A DNA stretch of 64,000 nt. Origin: Candidatus Omnitrophota bacterium (GTDB lineage: Bacteria > Omnitrophota > Gorgyraeia > Duberdicusellales > 4484-171). A model generated the notes under the pieces. That model made no database searches. It saw nothing but the letters and a program-made list of their open reading frames with translations, and was not told where the DNA came from. The stretch lies in contig JAQUWY010000001.1 of assembly GCA_028692655.1 (NCBI GenBank), forward strand, positions 24,116 through 88,115. Reading direction: 5' to 3'. Positions 9,562 through 18,022 of the stretch are shown piece by piece (the stretch's first letter is position 1; each line of letters opens with the position of its first letter). Position numbers and translations under genes: made by a program.

Positions 9562-9980
9562 GGCCGCAGATGATCACTGAAGGAAAAGCGCAGATGATCA
9601 CTAATAAGAAAGATTATATTTACAAAGACTTAACTTATAGAGTAATCGGGTGTTTGTATGTTGTGCATAAAGAATTAGGCAACGTCCATAAAGAAATTAT
9701 TTATCATAAAGCTTTGGCGATAGAATTAAAGAGCAAAAATATAGCATTTGTTGACGAAAAATCCATTGATGTAAAATATAAAGGTAAAAAAATAGGAGCA
9801 TACAGGCCTGATTTTATAATAGAGGATAAAGTTATTCTAGAAATCAAGGTTTCACCGGCTATAACCAGAGCTATGCAGGATCAAGTTTATTTTTATGTAA
9901 AGGGAACTAAATACAAGTTGGTTTTATTGGCTAATTTTGGAACAAGCAAAGTTGGTATCAAAAGATTAATTTATTCATAA
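9558..9980 (+). CDS. GxxExxY family protein (PD-(D/E)xK-like), copy 1
   Basis: KDLTYRVIGCLYVVHKELG...GAYRPDFIIEDKVILEIKV matches the TIGR04256-type GxxExxY family. True start is probably internal (MITNKK...). Flanked by CAGATGATCAC / GTGATCATCTG inverted repeats. Confidence 0.7.
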   Translation: MRPQMITEGKAQMITNKKDYIYKDLTYRVIGCLYVVHKELGNVHKEIIYHKALAIELKSKNIAFVDEKSIDVKYKGKKIGAYRPDFIIEDKVILEIKVSPAITRAMQDQVYFYVKGTKYKLVLLANFGTSKVGIKRLIYS

Positions 9981-10030
9981 TCTGCGATTATCTGTAGTAT
10001 TCAATTTGTGATCATCTGTGTAAAAAAGAT

Positions 10031-11257
10031 ATGAAAAAGAAAGCTGTAATAACCGGCATTGGGGTGATTTCGCCTTTAGGTAAGAGCAAGGAAGAGTTTT
10101 GGGAAAATCTGTTTAAAGGTGAATCTGTATTCCATGAGATTGCCTTGTTTGATACTGAAGGCCTTAAGGTTAAAAAAGCCGGTGAGATTTGCAATTTTGA
10201 GCCGAAAGCCATATTGGGAGATAAAGGCCTAATGGATGTTGACCGGGCCAGCCTTATTTTAATGTCGGCGGCAAAACTTGCCCTTGATGATGCGGGTTTT
10301 AAAATTACCCAGGAAAATACTCATTCTACAGGGGTATCAATTGGAACAACTTTTGGAAGCCTTTATAGTATTTCTAAGTTTGACCAAGAGTCGTTAACCG
10401 AAGGCCCTCGATATGTGAACCCTTCTATATTTCCCAGCACAGTCGGTAATTCTCCGGCCAGTCGCCTGGGTATTCGTTACAATATTAAAGGGTTTAATAC
10501 AACCATATCAACCGGAATGTGCGCCGGGCTTGATGCCCTGGATTATTCCCGGGATTTTATTAATTTAGACAGAGCCGATACTGTTGTATCCGGAGGCTTG
10601 GGAGATTTAAACATTCAGACCTTTTTAGGTTTTTATAAACTGGGGTATCTTGCCGGCTTAAAGTATGGCTCAACGGAAGAGATGTGTCCTTTTGATAAGC
10701 GAAGAAACGGGATTATCCTTTCCGAAGGAGCGGTTATTTTTATTATTCAAAACAAAGATGCAGCCAATAGCCAGAAAAAAAGAATTTATGGAGAAATCTT
10801 AGGAACGGGCTCCTGTTTTGAACCGGGTAAGTTTTATAAGTATAGCCGTAAGGGTGAGGGGATGAAAAGGGCTATGGAGCTTGCCTTGGAAGACTCAGGT
10901 ATTAAGGCCTGTGATATAGACTGCATTTTCGCTAATGCCAATTCCACTAAAGACGCTGATTTAATCGAATCAAAAGCCATAAAAGAGGTTTTCGGGGAAA
11001 ACGTTCCTGTCACGGCAGTAAAATCACTCGTAGGAGAAACCTTTAGCGCTTCAGGTACGATGTCAGTTTTGGCAGCACTGGGAGCTTTTGAAAAGCAAAG
11101 CATTCCCGCAATAGCAAATTACCGCGAGAAAGATGAAGATTGCGATTTAGATTATGTAGTCGGAGAATCTCGCAAGAAAAGCATATCAAAAGTAATGATA
11201 AATTCATTCGATCCTAACGGCGCTAGTAGTTGTATGATTGTAGGTAAACCTGTATGA
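10031..11257 (+). CDS. beta-ketoacyl synthase family protein lacking both catalytic His (CLF-like but retaining the active-site Cys)
   Basis: Thiolase-fold KS with active-site Cys in TGMCAGLDA. The HGTGT box is replaced by NANST and the downstream GH by GE. Confidence 0.65.
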   Translation: MKKKAVITGIGVISPLGKSKEEFWENLFKGESVFHEIALFDTEGLKVKKAGEICNFEPKAILGDKGLMDVDRASLILMSAAKLALDDAGFKITQENTHSTGVSIGTTFGSLYSISKFDQESLTEGPRYVNPSIFPSTVGNSPASRLGIRYNIKGFNTTISTGMCAGLDALDYSRDFINLDRADTVVSGGLGDLNIQTFLGFYKLGYLAGLKYGSTEEMCPFDKRRNGIILSEGAVIFIIQNKDAANSQKKRIYGEILGTGSCFEPGKFYKYSRKGEGMKRAMELALEDSGIKACDIDCIFANANSTKDADLIESKAIKEVFGENVPVTAVKSLVGETFSASGTMSVLAALGAFEKQSIPAIANYREKDEDCDLDYVVGESRKKSISKVMINSFDPNGASSCMIVGKPV

Positions 11258-11308
11258 CACGGATGAACACGGATTTTTAAGAAACACGGATATACACGGA
11301 TAGATATT

Positions 11309-11683
11309 GTGGGAAAACTTGAGCAAGAAGATTTGACCTATAGAATAAGAGGCGCGATTTTCGAAGTGTATAATATATTAGGTCCGGGGTTTAAAGAGAT
11401 AATCTACCATAACTCTTTACGAGAAGAATTTGATAAGCGAAAGATTAAATATGCAGAGAAAAAAAGAGTTAAGATTGACTACAAAGGTAAACAAGTAGGT
11501 TTGTATGAACCGGACTTTGTAGTTGAAGGCAAGGTGATTATAGAGACAAAAGCGGTGGAAGTTATGCCTAAGGCGTTTGAAAAACAGTTGTATAATTATC
11601 TGAAAGCTACAGAGTATAAAATCGGAATTCTGGTTAATTTCGGTAGTGAAAAACTGGATATGAGGCGCCGTATCTACGGATAA
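11309..11683 (+). CDS. GxxExxY family protein, copy 2 (GTG start)
   Basis: LTYRIRGAIFEVYNILGPG...GLYEPDFVVEGKVIIETKAV, paralog of 9558..9980. Flanked by CACGGAT x4 upstream and ATCCGTG-type repeats downstream. Confidence 0.7.
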   Translation: MGKLEQEDLTYRIRGAIFEVYNILGPGFKEIIYHNSLREEFDKRKIKYAEKKRVKIDYKGKQVGLYEPDFVVEGKVIIETKAVEVMPKAFEKQLYNYLKATEYKIGILVNFGSEKLDMRRRIYG

Positions 11684-11816
11684 AATTATCCGTGACAGAG
11701 ATGCAGACACACAAGGATTTAAAATGGATGGATATAGATGAATATATTCTGTGTTAATCTGTATATTCAATCCGTGGGAATCCGTGTATGCAATCTGTGT
11801 GTATCCGTGTAATAAA

Positions 11817-12254
11817 ATGAAACAACTAAACATAGAAGAAATCCAGAAAATACTACCCCAGAGGTATCCGTTTTTGCTTATTGATAAAATAATAGAAATT
11901 GAGCCAGGCCAAAGAGTGGTAGCGATTAAGAATGTAAGCAATACCGAGGGGTTTTTTTCGGGGCATTTTCCCGGTAAACCCGTTATGCCAGGAGCTTTGA
12001 TAATTGAGGCAATGGCGCAAGCCTCGATAGTTCTTTACTGGAGTAAATATAAAGATGAATTAGTTAAAACACCTAATTATTATCTTGTTTCGGTCAAGGT
12101 AGATTTAGAAAACCCGGTTTACCCAGGTGATAGTTTAATGATTGAGTCTAAAGCGCTAAAAATTATTCCCAAGGCCGGTTTTGTTGAAGTGAACGCATCT
12201 ATAGACAAAACTATTATTGCCAAAGGCCAGGCTACATTTGCGATAGAAAGATGA
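11817..12254 (+). CDS. fabZ: 3-hydroxyacyl-ACP dehydratase
   Basis: LPQRYPFLLIDKIIE...GHFPGKPVMPGALIIEAMAQ hot-dog fold FabZ signature. ATG at 11817. The track ORF extends upstream through the repeat region. Confidence 0.85.
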   Translation: MKQLNIEEIQKILPQRYPFLLIDKIIEIEPGQRVVAIKNVSNTEGFFSGHFPGKPVMPGALIIEAMAQASIVLYWSKYKDELVKTPNYYLVSVKVDLENPVYPGDSLMIESKALKIIPKAGFVEVNASIDKTIIAKGQATFAIER

Positions 12255-13456
12255 AAAAAAGAATAGTAATAACAGGCTTAGGTTTGGTAACTTCCATAGG
12301 AATTGGTAAAGACGATTTTTGGAAAGCGCTCATTTCCGGAAAGTCCGGGATATCAGAGATAGACTCTTTTGATACTTCAGAACACACTACTCATTTTGGC
12401 GGCCAAGTTAAGAATTTTAAAGCTGAAATGTTTTTAGATAGAAGGAAAATAAAAGCAATGGCTAGAGCGTCACACTTAGCCATTGCTGCGACAAAATTAG
12501 CAATTGAAGATGCCAATATAGGCCTTAAAAAGCGAAACACTAATAAAGTTGCAGTTATGTTTGGGACTACTGGTGGAGAAATCCAGGAAATGGAAAAAAT
12601 GGATATCATCTGGTTAAAACAAGGCAAAGAAGCTGTGGGCTTAAAATCAATAGTTCAATATCCGGTAAATAACATTTCAGCTAATGTAGCTAAGGAATTA
12701 AAACTTAAAGGCTTTAATAGAATGTTTACCACTGCTTGTGCCGCCGGAAATTATGCCCTTGGCTATGGGCTTGACCTTATGAGGTTAGGAAAAACCGACA
12801 TAGCTGTTGTTGGCGGTTCAGATGCTTTTTCTTATCTTTCCTTTACCGGCTTTAATCAGGTTCGGGCGGTTGCGCCTTTAAAGTGCCAGCCTTTTGATAA
12901 AAACAGAAAAGGTATGATTCCCGGGGAAGGCTCAGGCGTTTTAATTTTAGAAACCTTAGAGTCAGCCATGGAGCGAAAAGCCAATATATATGCTGAAGTC
13001 TTAGGTTATGGGCTAAGCTGTGATGCTTACCATATGACACAACCCAATGTTGAAGGGGTAAGCAAATGTATGCAAAAAGCTTTAGATGATTCAGGCATAA
13101 AGCCTGAGGAAGTAGATTATATTTGTGCGCATGGAACAGGAACCCGCCATAATGACAAAGTTGAGTGTGCAGCGATAAAAAACGTCTTTGGAGATAGAAA
13201 AATAGCAGTCAGCTCTATTAAGTCAATGCTTGGCCATTGCATGGGTGCGGCTTCGGCAATCGAGATGGCAGCTTGTTGTTTGGCAATAAAGGAAGGGATT
13301 CTGCCTCCTACGATAAGTTTTGAAACACCTGATTTAGAATGTAATATTGATTGTGTTCCTAATAAAGCAAGAAAACAGAAAGTAAAAGTTGTTCTAAACA
13401 ATGGTTTTGCTTTTGGTGGAAATAACTGTTGTGTAGCAATTAGAAAATTCAATTAA
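12251..13456 (+). CDS. fabF: beta-ketoacyl-ACP synthase II
   Basis: Cys in TTACAAGN. HGTGT present (CAHGTGTRHND). GHCMGAAS. Overlaps fabZ by ATGA. Confidence 0.85.
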   Translation: MKKRIVITGLGLVTSIGIGKDDFWKALISGKSGISEIDSFDTSEHTTHFGGQVKNFKAEMFLDRRKIKAMARASHLAIAATKLAIEDANIGLKKRNTNKVAVMFGTTGGEIQEMEKMDIIWLKQGKEAVGLKSIVQYPVNNISANVAKELKLKGFNRMFTTACAAGNYALGYGLDLMRLGKTDIAVVGGSDAFSYLSFTGFNQVRAVAPLKCQPFDKNRKGMIPGEGSGVLILETLESAMERKANIYAEVLGYGLSCDAYHMTQPNVEGVSKCMQKALDDSGIKPEEVDYICAHGTGTRHNDKVECAAIKNVFGDRKIAVSSIKSMLGHCMGAASAIEMAACCLAIKEGILPPTISFETPDLECNIDCVPNKARKQKVKVVLNNGFAFGGNNCCVAIRKFN

Positions 13457-13467
13457 AGGAGGAGACT

Positions 13468-13734
13468 ATGTCAGAAAATGCGTTTGAAGGATTAGGAAAA
13501 GAAATTCAGCAGTTAATTGCCGAAGTTACTGGAAAAAGTATGGAGGATTTAAGACCCGAAGCTAATTTTTGGGAAGATTTGGGTATTGATTCAATTAAGG
13601 CCATTGAGATAACAGTAGCCATAGAGAGAAAATACAAGATAAGGATAGGCGATGAGCAAATACCACAAATAATGACCGTTGGCAAAGCTGTTGAGGTGGT
13701 TCGACAAGCTCTGGAGAAAAAGAAAAATGCATAA
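13468..13734 (+). CDS. acpP: acyl carrier protein
   Basis: 88 aa. Phosphopantetheine-attachment region LGIDSIKAIE (conserved Ser). SD aaaggagg upstream. Confidence 0.8.
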   Translation: MSENAFEGLGKEIQQLIAEVTGKSMEDLRPEANFWEDLGIDSIKAIEITVAIERKYKIRIGDEQIPQIMTVGKAVEVVRQALEKKKNA

Positions 13735-15025
13735 AAAAAGAATAGTTGTTACTGGAATTGGACCCATGGCTTCAGTAGGTGTGGGGAAGGATTTATTTTG
13801 GAAGGGAATTTTAGATAAGAATATTAATATTAGTTTAGAAAAAACCTGTATAGACTCAGAACTTTGGGATGAGTTTTATCTTCATAAAATAAATAATTTT
13901 TCCATAAACGACTTCGGCATCGATAAAGAGAGATTAAATGACATAAAAGAATGGAAAGATGGAGGAAGTGTTTTAGAATTAGATTATCTTATTGCCCTGG
14001 TCAAACTAGCATTAGACGACAGCAAACTCAATTATAATGCTAGCAATAATGACATTGGTTTAGTCCTAGCTCATGAGAATTTAGGCATAATGCAGTTTGC
14101 TTATCAAATAAGTGATTTAGCATACGAAGGCCTGATTGATAAAAAAAGATCTGATCTATCTAAGAGAGATTTTTTTGATGAGTTTTACCGTAAATTTTTA
14201 AAGATTGGGTACGATATTCAAACTTTTCCTGATTTATTTCATATCGCAAGGGTTTTTAATATTCGTAATTATTCTTTATTCATAAATAATGCCTGTGCTT
14301 CAGGGCTTTATGCGTTAGAGGCAGCGAGCAATGTAATAAATAGTGGCCAGGCTAAAGCTATGGTTATCGCTGTCTCAGACTGTCCAGAAATATATAAATA
14401 TATTTGGTTTAAAAGTTTGGGGATATATTCTGTTGATGGAATATGCCGGCCATTTTGTAAGAATAGCAACGGCCTTGTTTTTGGCGACGGGGGTGTGGGC
14501 ATGGTGGTTGAAGATTTAGAGCATGCCAGAGAAAGAGGTGCGGAGATTTATGCCGAATACTTAGGGGGAGGTTTTGATTTGGAAGGTTGGAAAATTACCG
14601 TTCCTCAGCTAGGCAGTGATTCTTATCAAAAAGCAATGCAGAAAGCATTCGCGCAAAGTAATGTTAATAAGGATGAAATTGATTTGCTTTGTCCGCATGG
14701 GGTAGGCTCACAAGTCATAGATTATTATGAAGCTAAGGCTATAACAGATATATTTGGTAAAAATCCGCAAAAACCCTTAATGACTACATTTAAGCCTTAT
14801 GTTGGGCATAATTTAGGAGGTAGCGCGCTTTTAGAAACTGCGATACTTTTACTTTCCTTAAAAAATAATGTTATTCCGCCTACTTTAAATTATGATGAGC
14901 CTGACCCTAAATTTAATATTTCTTTGGTTAAAGAAAAAAAAGAAGTAGAGCTAAAAACTGTTATGAAAGCGTGCTGTGCTTTTGCAGGGTTTAACGCGGC
15001 GGCGATATTTAGAAAAATTGACTGA
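13727..15025 (+). CDS. beta-ketoacyl synthase family protein (atypical, with N-terminal insertion)
   Basis: Cys in NNACASGLYA. His in CPHGVGS and in VGHNLGGSA. Overlaps the ACP stop. About 430 aa. Confidence 0.7.
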   Translation: MHKKRIVVTGIGPMASVGVGKDLFWKGILDKNINISLEKTCIDSELWDEFYLHKINNFSINDFGIDKERLNDIKEWKDGGSVLELDYLIALVKLALDDSKLNYNASNNDIGLVLAHENLGIMQFAYQISDLAYEGLIDKKRSDLSKRDFFDEFYRKFLKIGYDIQTFPDLFHIARVFNIRNYSLFINNACASGLYALEAASNVINSGQAKAMVIAVSDCPEIYKYIWFKSLGIYSVDGICRPFCKNSNGLVFGDGGVGMVVEDLEHARERGAEIYAEYLGGGFDLEGWKITVPQLGSDSYQKAMQKAFAQSNVNKDEIDLLCPHGVGSQVIDYYEAKAITDIFGKNPQKPLMTTFKPYVGHNLGGSALLETAILLLSLKNNVIPPTLNYDEPDPKFNISLVKEKKEVELKTVMKACCAFAGFNAAAIFRKID

Positions 15026-15027
15026 CT

Positions 15028-16578
15028 ATGAAAAAAACCGACTATGATGTAATTATTATTGGCGCGGGAATTGGTGGTTTGGTTTCTGGCAATATTTTAG
15101 CTAAAAATGGATTAAGGGTTTTATTATTGGAGAAAAATAACGTACCGGGCGGTTCAGTTTCTACATTTTATAAAGATGGTTACCCCATTGACATAACTCA
15201 TTCTTTTTGTGGAATGAAGCAAGGTTCGTTTATCAGGAAGATTTTTGATTATCTAGATATTTATAGAAAGTTAGAACTTATTGAGTTAAAAAAAGCTTTT
15301 ATATATATATCTGAGCATCGAAATGAACCAATCTTTTGTTATACAGATACAGAACGATACAAAAAAGAACTTAAATCCCATTTTCCATATGAAAGGAAAA
15401 GTATAGATGGATTTTTTAGAGAAATTGAATTAATCTGGAATGAAGAGATTCTAAAAAGTTATTACAACCCTTCCTTTTATCAGTTATTAAGTTACCCTTT
15501 TCTATTTCCTCGTCTTTGTAAATACAGAAATTATACTTTCGAAAGGTTTCTTAGTATTTTTACTGGTTCTAAAGAATTGAAAGAAGTGCTGTCTGTGGGC
15601 TGGCCTTATTTAGGTTTAGACAGATTTTCGGTTTCTGCTTTATACATGGTGTGTTTAATAATGGCCTATTGGAAAGAAGGCAGTTTTTACGTTAAGGGAG
15701 GGGTTGGAAAAATTGCTGAAGCATTAGCTTGTAATTTTAAAAATATGGGAGGCTATCTTCTTTACAATGTAGATATTGAATCTATAATAGTGAATGACAA
15801 AAGAACAGCGTTGGGCGTAAGGGATAAAAATAATGAAGTTTATCGTGGAGAAAAGATAGTCTCAAATGTTGATACTAAAAAAACATTTTTTGAATTAGTA
15901 GGACGTACATTTCTATCAAAAAAAACTTTGAGAAAGATTCAAAAGTCGATAGCATCTTGTTCTCTTATTCAAGTTCATATAGCGGCGGAGGCTCAAATTA
16001 AGGAAGATTACCTATCCGCAGGCTCAATAGTATTACCGTTTCGTATCGATTTAGAAGAAACCATAAAGGCTTTATTAGGTGTTGACACAAGCCCCTTTGG
16101 TAATTCTTCAATGATGGTAAGCATTAATTCTCTGGATTGTTTTTCGAATGATAGTAAAGAAAATGAATATATGTTCAATGTGGCATGGTTCCCCGCACAT
16201 TATAGTTTATGGAAAAAACTTATGGTTTTTTACGGGAGGAGGAAATATGAGATTTTGAAAGAAGAAATTGCTCAAAAAGTCATCAAGATATTACAGAAAT
16301 CAAAAATCATTGGTAGATTTAAATTCAGCAATGTATTGACGCCTCTTTCTGTAGAGAATTGGCTTAATGCATCTGAGGGAGCAATCTATGATTTTGCCGC
16401 TATTCCTCAACAAATGCTTCTTTCACGTTTCAAACATACAACATGTATAGATAAACTGTATCTTGTAGGTGCAAAAACATTTCCTGGCGCCGGTATCGCC
16501 GGCGCTTTTTGTTCTGCCGTCTGTCTTTCAGATATTCTTTTAAAAGGAGGCCTTTCCAAGGGCAAATTTACGTTATAA
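15028..16578 (+). CDS. FAD-dependent oxidoreductase, phytoene-desaturase (CrtI/COG1233) family, paralog 1
   Basis: N-terminal dinucleotide fold DVIIIGAGIGGLVSGNILAKNGLRVLLLEKNNVPGG. 516 aa. C-terminal GAGIAGA motif. Confidence 0.7.
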   Translation: MKKTDYDVIIIGAGIGGLVSGNILAKNGLRVLLLEKNNVPGGSVSTFYKDGYPIDITHSFCGMKQGSFIRKIFDYLDIYRKLELIELKKAFIYISEHRNEPIFCYTDTERYKKELKSHFPYERKSIDGFFREIELIWNEEILKSYYNPSFYQLLSYPFLFPRLCKYRNYTFERFLSIFTGSKELKEVLSVGWPYLGLDRFSVSALYMVCLIMAYWKEGSFYVKGGVGKIAEALACNFKNMGGYLLYNVDIESIIVNDKRTALGVRDKNNEVYRGEKIVSNVDTKKTFFELVGRTFLSKKTLRKIQKSIASCSLIQVHIAAEAQIKEDYLSAGSIVLPFRIDLEETIKALLGVDTSPFGNSSMMVSINSLDCFSNDSKENEYMFNVAWFPAHYSLWKKLMVFYGRRKYEILKEEIAQKVIKILQKSKIIGRFKFSNVLTPLSVENWLNASEGAIYDFAAIPQQMLLSRFKHTTCIDKLYLVGAKTFPGAGIAGAFCSAVCLSDILLKGGLSKGKFTL

Positions 16579-16588
16579 TAACAATATT

Positions 16589-18022
16589 ATGAAAAAAAAG
16601 CGTGATTACGATGTTGCGATTATTGGTTCTGGTATAGGGGGCTTAGTTTGCGGTTGCTATTTGGCAAAAGCGGGCTTGAAGACAGCAATAATTGAAAAAC
16701 ATCATTCTCCGGGAGGGTATTGCACTTCTTTTAAACGAAGAGGGTATAGATTTGATACATCTGTGCACTATATAGGGGGGATAAAAAAAGGAGCGCTAAG
16801 TGAAATATTGATGAATTTAGAGATGGAAACCTCATTAAAGTTTCATCAAGATGATCCCTCAGACGGCATTTTTTTACCGGATACGTCAACTTATATTAGA
16901 GCCAATTCTCAGGATACAATTAAAGAATTTAAGAAGAGTTTTCCTTCGGAGAGCAAAGACATTGAAAGGTTTTTTAGATTCATCATGCAAAATGATATCG
17001 CATCTATTTATAGAAAAACGATAGAAATTACTTTAGAAGAATTACTAAATGATTTTTTTAGTGATACGAATCTTCGAGCAACCATAGGAATTCCTTTTTT
17101 AGGAAATATGGGTTTGCCGCCCGGTAAAATTTCTGCTTTTGCTGCCATTGTTTTCTTTCGGGAATTTCTATTAGACCCAGGATATTATCCTGTTGGAGGG
17201 ATGCAAGCTTTTGCTGACTGTTTAGCTAACAGATTTAAAGGCTATGGTGGCGATTTAGTTTTGTCGAAAGAAATTTCCAAAATAATATTAAATAACAATG
17301 TTGCCGAAGGGGTAGTGACTTCATCTGGAAAAGAAATCAAGTCCAAATTCGTAGTTTCTAATATCGATGCTACGCGAACTTTCAAACATCTTATTAAGTC
17401 TAAAACCAAAGAGGCGCTAGTCGTAGACAAGATGGTGCCATCTAATTCTATTTTTGCTGTTTATGTAGGCCTCAAAAGAACTTTTAAAGATAGCTTTAAA
17501 AATCTTTATGATACTTGGCTATTCAAAAATTATGATTTAAATGATAGCTATAAATATTTGACAAAGAACATAGCTGAAGGCCAAATTTCTGGAGTCATGG
17601 TATCATTTCCTTCCTTCAAAGACCTTTCTTTTACAAAGACATCTAAGTTTACTGCCGAAATTTTTACAATGGCCCCATATGTGAGTGAAAATTTTTGGGC
17701 TATCAATCAAGAATTAGTAACTGAGGCGGTTTTAAACTTTGTAGACGAAAATATTCCAGGTTTCAAAAAATACGTAGATTTTAAGTTAGTCGCGACTCCT
17801 CACACGTATTATAGGTATACTATGAATAGGGAAGGAGCTGCTTTTGGTTGGGCGTCAATCATAAACCAGATAAAATCTTCTTTGTTGCCCCAAGTTTCGT
17901 CAGTCAAGAATTTATTTGTAGTTGGGCATTGGTGCACTATGGGAACGGGGCAAGGTGGTGTGTCAACCGTGGCTTTAGCTGGGAAAAAGGTTTACGAAAG
18001 GATAACTAACTTGTTACTATGA
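16589..18022 (+). CDS. FAD-dependent oxidoreductase, phytoene-desaturase (CrtI/COG1233) family, paralog 2
   Basis: DVAIIGSGIGGLVCGCYLAKAGLKTAIIEKHHSPGG. 477 aa. Tandem to paralog 1. Confidence 0.7.
   Translation: MKKKRDYDVAIIGSGIGGLVCGCYLAKAGLKTAIIEKHHSPGGYCTSFKRRGYRFDTSVHYIGGIKKGALSEILMNLEMETSLKFHQDDPSDGIFLPDTSTYIRANSQDTIKEFKKSFPSESKDIERFFRFIMQNDIASIYRKTIEITLEELLNDFFSDTNLRATIGIPFLGNMGLPPGKISAFAAIVFFREFLLDPGYYPVGGMQAFADCLANRFKGYGGDLVLSKEISKIILNNNVAEGVVTSSGKEIKSKFVVSNIDATRTFKHLIKSKTKEALVVDKMVPSNSIFAVYVGLKRTFKDSFKNLYDTWLFKNYDLNDSYKYLTKNIAEGQISGVMVSFPSFKDLSFTKTSKFTAEIFTMAPYVSENFWAINQELVTEAVLNFVDENIPGFKKYVDFKLVATPHTYYRYTMNREGAAFGWASIINQIKSSLLPQVSSVKNLFVVGHWCTMGTGQGGVSTVALAGKKVYERITNLLL

Noticed and set aside
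11417-11941. 174-aa minus-strand ORF
   Set aside because: Antisense across the GxxExxY copy 2, repeat array and fabZ start. Hydrophobic low-complexity translation. The plus-strand genes carry family motifs.
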